The notes beneath the pieces are model-generated. The model saw only the letters and a program-made list of their open reading frames with translations. It was not told the origin of the DNA and made no database searches. Shown in pieces: positions 34,829-47,362 of a stretch of DNA of 64,000 nt. The DNA is from a virus. The DNA lies in the IMG/VR virus record IMGVR_UViG_3300047160_009070, positions 1-64,000 of that record. One strand, 5' to 3'. Every line of letters starts with the position of its first letter. Position 1 is the first letter of the stretch. The translations under genes and the position numbers were made by a program.

Positions 34829-35187
34829 TCCCCAGGCTGCATGAGCTCTACGGGCCGGCTGATCCTGTGTACGGGTCTTGGTGGGATGTGCCCGCCAAGA
34901 AGTTCTGGGCGTACGTGCGGATGATGCCGGTGCTGCGCGCCCGCGCGTCGATCTCGAGGATCAACGAGATGTCGTTGGCGTTCGGGTCGATGCAGAAGGA
35001 GACCGCCAACTCGTTCATGCTGCAGCTGAGGACGGCGGCGACTTTGGACAGCGGCGACAGCGGCCCGAGGGTGTACCGGCCGCGGTCGCCTGCCGAGATG
35101 GCCGGTCTGGCTGGTGCGGGTACGGCGGTGGTGATGGAACAGGGCCCGAGGACACGCTCCTCCGCAACCCCGGTCGGTACGCCGTGA
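34825..35187 (+). CDS. Tail assembly chaperone C-part (gpT-like), in -1 frame
   Basis: -1 frame open across TCG GGG AGT TGA; LIPRLHELYG...WWDVP; either a -1 slip or a TTG start. Confidence 0.6.
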   Translation: MIPRLHELYGPADPVYGSWWDVPAKKFWAYVRMMPVLRARASISRINEMSLAFGSMQKETANSFMLQLRTAATLDSGDSGPRVYRPRSPAEMAGLAGAGTAVVMEQGPRTRSSATPVGTP

Positions 35188-35329
35188 GACGCCGTGTAAC
35201 GCGTTCTGAGCGGCCGGACCGTGTACCGGCCCTTGGCCATGCACACACCCCGCGGGGCGTGACAGGCGCCTGCAGGCGCTGCGAGACGCAGCAAATTGAC
35301 AGGTCGAGGAAAGGAGGTCCGGTACTCTC

Positions 35330-38300
35330 ATGACAGAGTACCTTTGACCTCGGCGATGCCGTCCTCGAGTTCGACGGGGACATCGAGCCGCTCGCGAGGA
35401 AGGTCCAGGAAGCCCACCAGATGGTCAAGACCGGCCTGGACGGAATGGGCCGTGAGATCCAGGGCTTCACCGCACTGGCGATCCGTTCGGGGCAGGAGCT
35501 CGAGCTTGCGTACATCCAGCCGCTGAAGCGAGGCTTCGACGAGCTTTCGCTCGCCGTGTTCGCCTACCACGAGCGTCTGACCGGGGTGATAGGCGTCACG
35601 CACGAGGCTGCGGGCGCGATGCTGCAGCTGGGTGCCGCGTCGTCGCAGATGGCGGAGCAGACCGTCCGTGCGCTCGCCGACGTGCGGGGTGCTGTGGAGA
35701 GCACGGCGCTGCTGATCATCGCGGCTGCCCGCAGCGAGGTTGACGCGATCAACGAGGTGACGGCCGCGTATCTGCGCCAGGCGGCGGCTGCTCGTCTCGC
35801 GGGGGGCAGTGCCGGGGTGACGCTCGCGGCGGGTGCGCTTCCGCTTCCGTCGTTGCGGGCGGGGGTTGCGCCGGCTGCTCTCGGCCCCGCCCCGGGGCAG
35901 CCGCTCGCCGGCAACTACCGGATTTGGGGTTCGCGTGGTGACGCCGCCCCCGGCTCGATGGTGAACCCGGTTGTGGTCGCGATCGAGTCCGGCCAGTACG
36001 CCGGTCTCGGCGCACGCGCCGCGGCGCTCGGGTTCACGGCGGGCGCCCAGCCGTCCGGGTCGATCCTCGATCCGGTCACCGCCCAGGCTTTGCGTGACAT
36101 CGCGCAACGCCAGATCGCTGCGGCGCCGGCGTTGACGCCGGGGGAGATCATCACTGCCGCCAGGGCGCTGCCGCAGGAGGACCTGCGCCGGCTGGTGGGA
36201 ATCCTGGACCGCCCGATCGCCGGCGGCGCCGGTCCACCGATCGACTGGCGGCCGGACCCGACGTTCCGGCGTGCCGTCCAGTCGGTTTTGGCGGGCGGTC
36301 CGTTCGCCGAGCCGAACGTGTCGGTGTCGGGTTTGCAGCGGTCGCTGCAACTGCAGTACACGCAGGCGCTCCAACTCCAGAGACAGCTTCAGCAGGTGGG
36401 TCTGATCGAGTTGCGGTCCGGCGGCGGGTTCCGGGTTGTTCAGCCGAAGGTGCAGGAGTACCAGCGCCTGATGTTCGGCGCGACCGGTCCTGCGTTCCCG
36501 GGCGCCAGCTATGGCCGTGCGCCGACGGGCGAGATGGCCGGGATACCGCAGCCGGCCGAGCGACTCGACATTTTCGGGGCGCTCGCCGAGCAGCAGGCTG
36601 CACAGGAGGCGCAGATCGCACAGCAGCAGGCTGATCTCGCGAGACAGGAGGCGCAACTCGGCCGGCAGATGTCGCTGTTCGAGGGGATGGCCCGCCGCGG
36701 CGGGATCTGGCCCGGTGTCGTGGCCGCGATGGGTCCCGAGCCGCTCGGGCCGTACGGGCCCGTAGGCCGGTTCGCGTACCGGCCTTTGGGGGTTCCGGGT
36801 GAAGCCGAGACCGGGTATGAGGCTCTGAGGGCGGGTGCGACCGGTGCGACTGCCCGCCCGACGTGGATGGGCGGGACGGTCCTGCCGCCTGAGCCGACGG
36901 TCAAGATCGACGCTGCGCAACTCGCGGCGCTTGAGGCTGCTCTGAAGGAGGGCCGGATCAGCCAGACGCAGTTCGATGCGCTGTCCTCCGCGCTCGCGCT
37001 CGGCGGCACCCCCGGTGCCCCCGGCGGGGGAGGCGGAGGCGGAGGGGTTCCCCCGGTGGCTGTCGGTCCACCCGGTGGCGGAGGCGGCGGAGGCGGCCGT
37101 GCCTTGTGGCCTTTGGCGCTGGCTGCTCTGTGGGGACGCCCGACTCTCGGCGCACGAATCCCGTTCACTCCGTTCTCGCTGCCGATGGCCGGGTTCGGAA
37201 GCCTCGGCTCGCTCGCCGGTCTCGGCCCGGAGCATTGGCTGATGACCGCTTTGGGGATCGGCGGGTTCGCTGCCGCCGGCGCCGCCGGCGCGGGTGCGAT
37301 AGCGCTCGGTTCGGCTGGCACGCTCGCGGCCGGTGCCGGCTCGAACGCGGCTGTGATGTCGTCGACGATCAAGGACACCCAGACGCTGTCGCAGGCGATG
37401 ACTGCGGTGCAGACGGCGCAGCAGAACGTGGCGCAGTCCCAGGCCGCGTATGCGGCGGCGGTTCACCAGTTCGGGCGCAACTCGACGCAGGCGACAGCCG
37501 CCGCGAGCCAGCTGACGGGCGCCACCAACACGCTGACGACCGCCCAGCAGAACTACAACAGCACCGTCAGCCAACTCGGAGGCCCGCGCGCCCCGGGTGT
37601 GCAGGCGGAGATCCAGTTGGCGAAACAGACACAGGCGCTCAACAAGTTCTGGGACCAGCAGACGCAGATGGCCCGGGTCGCCGCGGTGCACGTGCTCGAG
37701 CAGGTGGTGCAGCTGGGTCACGACTACGTGCCGCTGGTGGCGCAGGCGGCGCAGCAGAACCTGACGATCATCAACCAGGACATCAAACCGTTGTTCTCAT
37801 GGCTCGAGGGTCCGCAGGGAAGAGGCATCTTCCTGCAACTCGAGGACCAGTTCAAAAGGACTCTGCCGACCGCGATCGACGCGTTCTCCAAGGCGATCGA
37901 GGTTGTGCTGCGGGTCACGCAGGTCGCGTCCCAGTACAGCGGCACGTTCGTCTCCTGGCTCGACAAGTTGGTGAACCGCTTCAACAGCATGTCGAACGTC
38001 CAGTTCGCGAACACGATCCGGCGGCTCGTCGGCGACTTCCGGGACTGGGAGAGGTTCGCGAAGGCGATCGCCACCGACCTGTATCTGCTGTTCAGCCAGG
38101 ACGTCGGCACCGGCAAGTCGATCATCACCACGCTCACCACCATGCTCGAGCATCTCGGCAAGTGGGAGAGCTCAGTGAAGGGGCGCGAGGAGATCCGCAC
38201 GATCTTCGACGTGCATCTGCACGAGGTGCAGGCGCTGCTCGGGATCATGCCGAAGCTGTTCGGCGTGTTCGGCCAGCTCTACATGACGTTGGCGCCGCCG

Positions 38301-41300
38301 CTCACCCAACTGATGACGCTGATCTTGGATGTGGTGAAGGCGCTCGAGCAGATACCCGGTGGTGCGTGGGTGCTCGGTTTGGGGTTGCTGTTCAGCAGGC
38401 TCGGTATTCTCGGCGGTGTCCTCAGAGGTCTCGGACGGGCGCTCGGGATCCTCGGTGCCGGTGAGGCCGTCGCAGCAGCCGGTGGTGTGGCAGCCGGGGG
38501 GGCGGGTGTTGCGGGTGTCGGTGCTGCTGGCGTTGCCGGTGCTGCCGCAGGCGGTGGCCTGCTGGCGAGGATGGCACCGACCGCGATCGCGACACGGTTG
38601 CTGGGAGGGCTGTCCAGGCGTCTCGGGATGGGTGAGGCAAGCGCGCTGCTCGGCTCCGCTGTTCCGGCGCTCGCCGGCACGATCGCGGCGGGTGGTGGTC
38701 TGCTTGCTGGTGACTTCGTCCAGCACCTGTTCGGTCTGCGCGGCGGGACTGGGACGACGGTCGCCGGCGGTGTGGTGGGAGGTTTGCTCGGTGGACTGGC
38801 CTTCGGCCCGTGGGGAGCGGCGATCGGCGCCGGTATCACCTCGGCGCTCCTTCCGACACTCACGCACCTGTTCGATCCTAGCCGTCCGACTCCTCGCCTT
38901 CCGAGGGGCACGGTGGAACGTCCGGTTCTGCCCGGCATGGACACACGGTTCGCTGCGGTGCTGCAGCGGGGACCGGGTGCTCTGAGGGAGTTCATCACGC
39001 AGCCGCGTGAGGTTGTTGGACCGGGAGGCAGAGCGACAATGCTGCCCGGCCAGAGCCTCGCCGATGTTGCTGCGACCAAGGAGGCGGGGGCGGCGCTGGA
39101 CCAGTGGGTGAAGTCCGCCACTAATTCGGCGAACGTTGCCCAGATGAACGTCGGCCAGTTGAAGGCGATGCGCCGCGAGGGGCAGGCGCTACGGGAGATC
39201 TTCCCTGACGCTGCCCCGATCATCAACAAGGCGCTCGGGGATATTCACAGCGGCATCATCGGCGCGATGGTGCCGATGCAGAAGCTCTGGGGCACCGTCA
39301 TCAACCGCTGGCAGGACGACACCTCCAAGGGTCTCGGTTCGATGGTCGACATCTTCAACAGCAACATGCGGCTGATCGACACCAGCGCCGGCCAGGGGTC
39401 GACGCACGCACGCCAGGTAATGCGCGCGAACCTGCAGAAGATGGTGGACGACGTCACCGCCGGGATGGCCGCCGGAACGATCTCGACGAAGGCCGGGATG
39501 GACGCGATCAACAAGGCGATCGCCGAGGGCTCCAAGGCCGGCGCGATCGGGTGGGAGATGGCGACCCACGACCAGTTCACGACGCTGATGGCGTTGCACG
39601 ACGCCCACAAGATCAAGGTGTCGACATACATGCGGGACCTTGGCGGCATATACCGGACCGGGTTCTCGAACATCAAGCAGGACACCGAGAACCAGTCGAA
39701 GGCGATGCACGACTATCTCGACGCGCAGGAGCACAAGGGGCTGCTCACCCACCACGCGGCGATGCAGGCTTGGCACACCTACCAGCTGCAGGCCAACCAG
39801 CAGGAACAGGCCGACATGTCGCACTTCTCCGGCAACATCATCAATGCGCTCGCGAAGGCCGGTGCCGCGTCCGGCGGTGCCGTCGAAGCGATCCTGAAAC
39901 CCCTGCTGCAGGCGCTGAAGGCGCTGGGGGTGTCGTCGTCGAGCGTCAGCCAGGTCGAGGCGGCGATCAAGGACGCCCCCAAGTTCGCCGGCACCTTCCT
40001 GAACGAGGTGACGCAGGGACTGCCGATCGGGATCGGCCCGCAGGCAGCCGGTTCCACACCCGGCGGCGCGATCGGCACCACCACCGGTCACGGCCAGCAC
40101 GGTCTGATGATCCAGTTCGGGCAGCCCGGCCAGCGTGGCCAGGACACCATCCACGCGAACTTCGGCGGCCAGCCGGTGATGGTCGCTCCCGGCGAGGTGG
40201 GGATGGTGCTCACCGGCCAGCAGCAGAACTTCCTGAACACCCGTCTCGCCGACGTCGGTGGCCTCCCCGGCATGTTCTCCACCGTCAATCAGCCGCACGC
40301 GCAGGGTTGGGGCTGGGGTGAGGGATACCAGCGCGGAGGGATGATGCTGTCCTACAGCCAACTCGAGGGGCTGTGGATCAGAGCCGGCGGTCCGCCTGCG
40401 CTCGCGTCGACGATGGCGTCGATAGCGATGGCCGAGTCGGGTGGCCGCACCAACGCGTACAACCCGTCCGGCGCGTCCGGTCTGTGGCAGATCTTGGGGT
40501 TGCCGTTCCCCGGCAACCCGTTCGACCCGATGACGAACGCCAGGATGGCTGTCACAAAGTTCCGCACCCAGGGGCTCGGCGCCTGGGTGACGTACACGTC
40601 CGGCGCCTACAGGAGCTATCTGCACGGCGGGGTGCCTCCGTCGATGACCGCGTTCCCGCACATCCCGGTTCCCCACATCACCGGCACCGGGGCGCTCGCC
40701 GACATCGTCCGCGGCGGCGCGACGATGCTCACCCACGACGCGAACGCGTTCCTTGCACGCCAGGTCGGCCGGATGGCCGGTCGCGCTGGCGCGGGTGTCC
40801 CGTTCACCCACGGGATGCTGACGTTCCCGCTGCCGGCTGGGACGTGGCGCGGCGAGAGCCTCGACATGGGGTGGGACATCGCCGCCGCAGGCCACACACC
40901 CCTGTACGCGGTGGGTGCCGGCACGATCGTCGGCCACGGGATCCCCGGGTTCGGCCCGTGGGCGCCGATCCTCCAACTCGCATCCGGCGCCCGCGTCTAC
41001 TACGGCCACGCCGGTCCCGGCCACGAGCTCCCGGTCGGCACCCATGTCAGAGCCGGCCAGATCCTGGGTGAGGTGGGAGCCGGGATCGTGGGTGTGTCCA
41101 CCGGACCGCATCTCGAGATCGGCTGGTATCCGCCGGGGAGTGCGTCGGGTGCGTCGATGAAGTCGGCGCTCGGGTTCCAGCATGGCGGCATGGTGTTCGC
41201 CCAGCGGGGCCACTTCCCCGGTCAGCATGCACCGGTTGGCCAGACGTTCGCCGGCCAGACAGTCACCGGCCACACCCGGTCGGGGACCGCCGTCTCCGGT

Positions 41301-43031
41301 TCGGGCGCGAGCCGCCTGTACTACTACCAGGGGACCGGCTGGATCACCGGAGCCCAGCTGCAGAACATCTACAACCGCCGTTACGGCCACCATCCCGCTC
41401 CCGGCTCCCCCGGCGCTGTGCATACTGCACCTGTCGTTCATCATCGCCCCGATCCGCTGCTGACGGACATCGTGGATTTCTACGACCAGGCGGGCTTGAT
41501 GGGGCAGGACAGCCCGCGGGGTGTGGGTGTGACGGTCCCCCCGGAGATCAACCTGCTCGGGAGGATCACCGAGCGGATCACCGGCCTTCGCGCCCAGGGC
41601 CTCCCGTTGGGAGGTCCGGTCAGCCTGCTGACGGGTTTGGGGAGGGTGTCGGGCGGAGGGTTCGACGCGATCCAGGCTGCGCTGAACCGGGCGATGTCAA
41701 GAATGACCGCAAGCCAGGCGTACGACCTCGCGCTGGACTACGGCCGTGCGCTGGGACGCCACCCCGCCGCACCCCGGCTGGCTGCGGAGCGCGAGCTCCG
41801 TCTTGACGAGCGTTCGCTGAGCCGTCTGACCGGCGAGATGCACAGGATCAGCGCGGAGCGCAGAAGCGAGCGTGCTCTGATGATGAAGGAGCACGGCAAC
41901 CAGCGAGCTCGTACCGGCCAGCATCTGCGCAAGCTGCGGGACGAGGCGCACAGGGACCATGTGGACGCACAGAAGATCCGTACCGACATCGCCCACGACA
42001 TGCACACCGTCGCCGCCGGGCGTCCCGCCGAGGTTCTCACCACCATCCTCACCCATGCGCTGACCGGCATCTCGAACGTGTTCACCCACCAGCAGGACCA
42101 GGCGAGCACGCTCAGCTCGTTCACCAGCGCGATCGGGAGCGTGCTGCCGAGAACGCCGCTCGCTCAACTCGGCCTGTACGGAACGCCGGGGCGCCGGGCG
42201 CTGGCACGAATGGGCCTCACCCCGCGTGACGCTCGCCTGCTCGAGGGCGGCACCGCGTACGGCGCCCAGATGGTGCAGTACGACATCTTCAGCGACCAAC
42301 TCGCCCAATACCAGCATGACCGGGCGCGTCTCGGCGAGCTGTACCGGCAGGCTTTGAAGACCCACAACAAGAAGCTGCAGAACTCGATCCTCGACGAGAT
42401 CAACACGGTCGACACCGCGATCGCCTCCACCGAAGGGGACCGCCAGACCGCCCTGTTCAACGCGATCCAGGCGAAGGCCGGCCAGATCGGCCTGCCCGCC
42501 CAAAGGATCGCCGACCAAATCACGGGGCTGCAGGCGATCCAGGGACTCGCGCCGGGAGCGAACATCGCCGGTCTGCTCGGCGGCGCGAACATCGTCCAAA
42601 CCCTCGGGCTGGGCGGCGCGCAGCCCGGCACCGGCCTGTCGTATTTCCAGAACCTCGCGTCCGCGCAGGGCGGGACGCTCACCGCCAGCCAGATCGCGGC
42701 CGCCACCGCCGGCGTGAACTCGATGAACGACATCCTCCGCAGCGAGATGGCGCCGCTCCAGAAAGAACTCCAGTATTACGAGCACGAGCTTCCTTCCCTG
42801 TCCGGCACACAGCGCGACACGGTGATCAGCGCGATGAACGGTTTGGCGCAGCAGATCTTCGGGTTGCAGGGCTCGATCGACACGAACACCACGTCGCTGA
42901 ACCAACTCACGGGCGCCACGAACGCGAACACCAGCGCCACCGGCCAGATGACCGGCACCGTCGCCTACGCCTACCAGGGCCAGAACTGGCTGGCGTCGGT
43001 GACCGGTCCGAACGTCACACAGGGAATCTGA
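35330..43031 (+). CDS. Tape measure protein with SLT-like and M23 peptidase domains; +1 frameshift at codon 5
   Basis: SD AAGGAGG, ATG ACA GAG TAC CTT TGA C, then +1 frame DLGDAVLEFDGD joins the 2536-aa ORF; IAMAESGG..ASGLWQI (SLT); DMGWDIA..YYGH..STGPHLE (M23). Confidence 0.9.
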
Positions 43032-43036
43032 AGTGA

Positions 43037-46000
43037 ATGACCGTCATCGTCTCGCCGACACCCCTCGGTCCCCCAGCCCCGCCCAGTGGCTGGAACGTCG
43101 TGTTCGCGGACGGGTTCGACCAGGCGTCCGGGCTGTGGACCGGACCGTCCGGCGGGTGGGGCCCGAGCCGCAACAACAACGCCGGCAACGGGATCTACCA
43201 GGCTCCGTTCAACACCAACGAGGTGGAGGCGTGGACACAGGACTCGGTGACCGTCGGTCCCGGCGGCCTGATCCTGACAGCCACCTACATCGGTTCGACG
43301 ACAGCCACGATCGACGGCAGCAGCCGCACGTTCCGCTACAAGTCCGGGTGTGTCACCACACAGCCGTTGCTGCCGTCCGGTGGCCAGACCGGGTTCAACA
43401 TCAACGGGTTCACGTTCCAGGTCCGCCCCGGGTTGACGTGGTGCCACGAAATCGTCTGCACGCTCCCCACCTATTTCGGCGCCGACCCGGCGTTCTGGTC
43501 GCAGGGACCCGGCACCGGCCAGATCGAGAACGACCATCCGGAGTGGACGTTCTACGCCGCCGACCACACCTCCACGGCGCTGGAGCAGGCGCTGATCGAC
43601 TGGAGCTCGCCCGGTCCGCCGCAGGTCGGCTACGAGTCGTTCAACGTCGCCCAGATGACCGACGGGGTTCAGCACACATGGACGACGGTGATGGACGGCA
43701 CCGCCCGGCAAACCAGGCTGTACATCGACGGGCACCTGTTCTCCACGTTCAACTGGCTGTCGAGCTTCGCCGGTTCGACACCCTCCTACATCGGCTCCAA
43801 CTATTTCATCTCGCATGCGCTGCGTGACGCCTACACCGGCCAGTACCCGTCGTTCACCGACACGCGAAACTTCACGGTCCGCTCGGTGGTGTGCTACGCC
43901 CCCACGTCGCAGGGCACAACAGGCACCGTCGGCGGTGGTGTCGCCCCCGGAACGCTCGTCGGCTCGCCACCCCCTCCGCCCCCACCACCACCCCCGCCTC
44001 CTCCCCCGCTGCCGCCGCCGAGCGGCACCGGCAATCCGTCGCTCTCAGGCCACTTGACCTCAGCCACCCCCGTTCTCCAGATCGGCCGGCTTGCGCTCGG
44101 CCCACCGACGATGCCGATCACCGAAAGTGTCGGGGATCCCGTCGGCCAGGTCGGCGCGACGATCGTCGGCGCCCCGCGTGTGCCGTTGCAGATCACGCTC
44201 GACATCAACACGATCCTGAGCGGCTCCTCCACCGTCGCGCACGCCCAGATGGTCCGCCGGCAGATGCGCTCGATGCTCGGCAACACCCCACTGAAGCAGC
44301 AGTGCTTCCTGTATGTGGTGTACACCGACGATCCGGAGCAGAACGGCTGGATCATCCCGCAGCCCACTTCGTTCACCAGCCCGGACGGGACGGCATGGAA
44401 GGCGGTGGCGCTGTGGGAGACACCGTCCGCCACCTGGTATCTCGCCGGCCGCAAACGCTCGATGCTCGAGGCACGGTCGATATGGATGAAGGACCTGCGG
44501 ACCGGCAACTACGAGCGTGACGTGCTCGGCTGGATCGTCTCGCAGGACTTCAACGCGCTCCCGGCGCTGCAGATCGTCGCGATGCCGAACGGCTCCATGT
44601 CGATCTCCAACTCGGTCAGCGACGCACGGCTCCCGTCCACCAACATGCCGGCAGGACGCGACGGCGGCATCGCCCAGCAGGTCCTCGGCGCGGTCGACCT
44701 CGACTTCCTGTGCTATGAGCGTTCGGAGGACACGCTGAACCTGTCCGACGTGGTGGTGTACGACCGGCGTGGCGTGATCTCCGGCTCGTTCTACCGGTCG
44801 GTGATCGTGAACGACGCGCCGAGCCTCTGGTACCGGATGGACGAAACGTCCGGCTCGACGATGGTCGACACGATGGGGAACGCGAACGGCACCTACAACG
44901 GTACGTCCACGCCGAACCTGTGCCCGTACCCGCTGACGCACAACTCGGGGGACGTGTCCGGCTGGTCAAGCGGCGCGGTCGCGGCGGTGATGGTGTCCGG
45001 CGCCACCCTGTCGTGGGTCACCTCGCCGCTGCCGCAGTTCGGTGCCCCGGCCGACGCGAGCCTCGGCGGCGAGATGCAGATCACCACCACAGCGGCAGCC
45101 AGCGAGGGAGCGAGCCTGCTTCTCGGGGGCACGTTCCTGATCAACGTCCCGTACCGCATCGACGTGTATGTGCGAGGAAACTCGGGTGGCGAGACCGTTC
45201 AGGCGGGTGTCGGCGACCCCGCCGGCGACTACGTGTTCACCAGCGCAGCGACTCTCACGAACACGGGGTGGACGAGGATCGGCATCAACTGGACACCGTC
45301 CGCGAACCGAACCAACGTCCACATCTTCGTGCGGACCACCGCCGCGTCCGCGATGACGTTCTTCCTGAACGCCGTGCAACTCACCCAAACCCCGTCCGGC
45401 GTCCAACCCTATTCCGACGTGCAGAGCTACATGCTCGGGCAGTCAGGAGCCCTTGCGGCATCCGGCGACACCGACGCTGCCGTCCTGTTCGACGGCTACA
45501 CCGGCAACGCGACGGTGCCGTTCAATCCGGCGTTCGCGACCCCGCAGTTCAGCTTCGAGTTGTGGATCAACCCGGAGGTCACCACCAGCGCCACCAACCA
45601 GTCGGTGGTGTTCACCGAGGTCACCAGCGGTGGCCGGTCCGGCGGCTACGGGCTCAGCATCCTTCCCGGCGGAACTCTCAGGATCACGATCTTCCATCCG
45701 GACGGGACGAGCCTGACGTTCAGCGGCAGTTCACTGGCGACCGACGTGTGGTCGCATGTTGTCGTCACCTACGACGGGGCGATCGTCTGGATGTACGTGA
45801 ACGGGGTTCTGGGACCGAGAGTCTCGTTCACCAACTACGGGCCCCCGTTCGGGACGCTGACGCTCGCGGCGAACGGTCCCGGCGCTGTCGGCCTGTTGAA
45901 CGCCGACATCGACGAGGTCGCGTTCTACAACTATGCGCTGACCGCAGCCCAGATCGCCGAGCACTACAACGCGGGCACCGGCATGGACGCCGGCGTGGTT

Positions 46001-47350
46001 CCCACCTCGATCAGCGGCTGGGAGGAGGTGTACGGCGTCGACTATCCGTGGAACTGGCTGACGACCGGGCAACCCACCGACGCTCCTGTTGTCGAGAACG
46101 GTCTGGTCAGGGTCCGCTACGACCACATCGTCGGTCTCCCCGGCTTCCGCGTCGACGTGTGGAACGGCTCGAGCTATGTGGAGCAGGGCAAGATGTGCGT
46201 GTACCGGCTGGGGGACAGCGGCGGCTACTGCGACACCTGGGTCGGCGCCGAGATGGTGGAGTACACCCCGGACCGTGCCGTGATCCTGTGCGTGGTCCAG
46301 AACAGCGGCGATGACTACAGCCGCGAACGGATCTATGTGACGGTGCAGCGCGGAGAGTTCGGCGCCACGTTCGAAGCCTACGCGGCGCTGCTGTCCAGCC
46401 AGCTACCCGCCGACGTGATCCTCGTGTGGCAGTCAGCCCCCGCCCCCGGGCCGGCTGCGGACGTGAACGACAGCGTCATCAAGATCGACGGCCAGGGGTC
46501 CGGTAGCTGGACTCCCAGCCCGCCGGCGGCGAACCAGGTGTCCCCGTTCCCGACCGTGATCGCGTCGACCGCCGGCACCGGCGCCGGCGCCGGCAACTCG
46601 GGTGTGTTCGGCGGTCTGGTGGCGCTCGGGAACCTGCACTTCATCACCTCCGAGAACTGGGTGACGCTGCTGCGCTACTCGGCGAACTACCATCTCCTCA
46701 CCCCGTACCAACTCACGTTCGTGGTGCTGTCCGAACCGAACGTGTTCTTCCAGTACCAGGGCAGCCGCAGCGACGCGTACGGCGTGTCCTCCAACGAGTA
46801 CATGGTCCGTTCGATCAACGGCGCCGGCTATGTGCAGGCCCAAACATGGTTCGGCCCGACGACCCCGTCCCAAACATTGGAGGGCGAATCGATGAACCTC
46901 GGGTCCGGTGTCACGACCACCTCGTCGGAGTCGACCGCGAGCGGAGGCAGCTCGGCGCAGAGCTCCAGCACCACCCCCAACCATCTGATGCTCACCGCCG
47001 CGAACTGGCCGGACAGCTTCCTCGGCACCTACCGGATACTCGCCCGCGTCAGAACGTCGGCGTCCACCCTGAACATCCGTGCGCTGACGGGAGCGACGAC
47101 AGGCTCGATCGTCCAGTGCACCCAGACCGGGTACACGTGGATTGATCTCGGCGAGATCGAAGCGAACAACACCACCCTGCAGATCGAGGCGTGGGCGACC
47201 GCCGCCGCCACGTTCCATGTAGACCGTCTCGAGGCGGTGCTGGTGGAGGACCGCCTCCGTTCCGGCGCGATCTACCAAGGAGCTCGTGACAGCGCCCAAG
47301 CGGCGCTGATGGACTCGAGGACCGTTGGCGCTCTGGCAATGAGGGGTTAG
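43037..47350 (+). CDS. Minor tail protein with GH16-like, carbohydrate-binding and LamG domains
   Basis: WNVVFADGFD, ENDHPE (ExDxxE), poly-Pro linker, WYRMDETSG, FELWINP, WSHVVVTYDG, IDEVAFYNYAL. Confidence 0.8.
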   Translation: MTVIVSPTPLGPPAPPSGWNVVFADGFDQASGLWTGPSGGWGPSRNNNAGNGIYQAPFNTNEVEAWTQDSVTVGPGGLILTATYIGSTTATIDGSSRTFRYKSGCVTTQPLLPSGGQTGFNINGFTFQVRPGLTWCHEIVCTLPTYFGADPAFWSQGPGTGQIENDHPEWTFYAADHTSTALEQALIDWSSPGPPQVGYESFNVAQMTDGVQHTWTTVMDGTARQTRLYIDGHLFSTFNWLSSFAGSTPSYIGSNYFISHALRDAYTGQYPSFTDTRNFTVRSVVCYAPTSQGTTGTVGGGVAPGTLVGSPPPPPPPPPPPPPPLPPPSGTGNPSLSGHLTSATPVLQIGRLALGPPTMPITESVGDPVGQVGATIVGAPRVPLQITLDINTILSGSSTVAHAQMVRRQMRSMLGNTPLKQQCFLYVVYTDDPEQNGWIIPQPTSFTSPDGTAWKAVALWETPSATWYLAGRKRSMLEARSIWMKDLRTGNYERDVLGWIVSQDFNALPALQIVAMPNGSMSISNSVSDARLPSTNMPAGRDGGIAQQVLGAVDLDFLCYERSEDTLNLSDVVVYDRRGVISGSFYRSVIVNDAPSLWYRMDETSGSTMVDTMGNANGTYNGTSTPNLCPYPLTHNSGDVSGWSSGAVAAVMVSGATLSWVTSPLPQFGAPADASLGGEMQITTTAAASEGASLLLGGTFLINVPYRIDVYVRGNSGGETVQAGVGDPAGDYVFTSAATLTNTGWTRIGINWTPSANRTNVHIFVRTTAASAMTFFLNAVQLTQTPSGVQPYSDVQSYMLGQSGALAASGDTDAAVLFDGYTGNATVPFNPAFATPQFSFELWINPEVTTSATNQSVVFTEVTSGGRSGGYGLSILPGGTLRITIFHPDGTSLTFSGSSLATDVWSHVVVTYDGAIVWMYVNGVLGPRVSFTNYGPPFGTLTLAANGPGAVGLLNADIDEVAFYNYALTAAQIAEHYNAGTGMDAGVVPTSISGWEEVYGVDYPWNWLTTGQPTDAPVVENGLVRVRYDHIVGLPGFRVDVWNGSSYVEQGKMCVYRLGDSGGYCDTWVGAEMVEYTPDRAVILCVVQNSGDDYSRERIYVTVQRGEFGATFEAYAALLSSQLPADVILVWQSAPAPGPAADVNDSVIKIDGQGSGSWTPSPPAANQVSPFPTVIASTAGTGAGAGNSGVFGGLVALGNLHFITSENWVTLLRYSANYHLLTPYQLTFVVLSEPNVFFQYQGSRSDAYGVSSNEYMVRSINGAGYVQAQTWFGPTTPSQTLEGESMNLGSGVTTTSSESTASGGSSAQSSSTTPNHLMLTAANWPDSFLGTYRILARVRTSASTLNIRALTGATTGSIVQCTQTGYTWIDLGEIEANNTTLQIEAWATAAATFHVDRLEAVLVEDRLRSGAIYQGARDSAQAALMDSRTVGALAMRG

Positions 47351-47362
47351 GTGCGCGGCTAG

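Noticed and set aside
34810-34830. Novel recoding at the tail chaperone
   Set aside because: A G/GT-type -1 shift here is ordinary for long-tailed phages; there is no canonical heptamer and a TTG start is also possible
35328-42905. Long minus-strand and alternate-frame ORFs over the tape measure (and similar ones across the window)
   Set aside because: Shadow ORFs typical of high-GC DNA, with Arg/Pro/Gly-biased translations and no motifs
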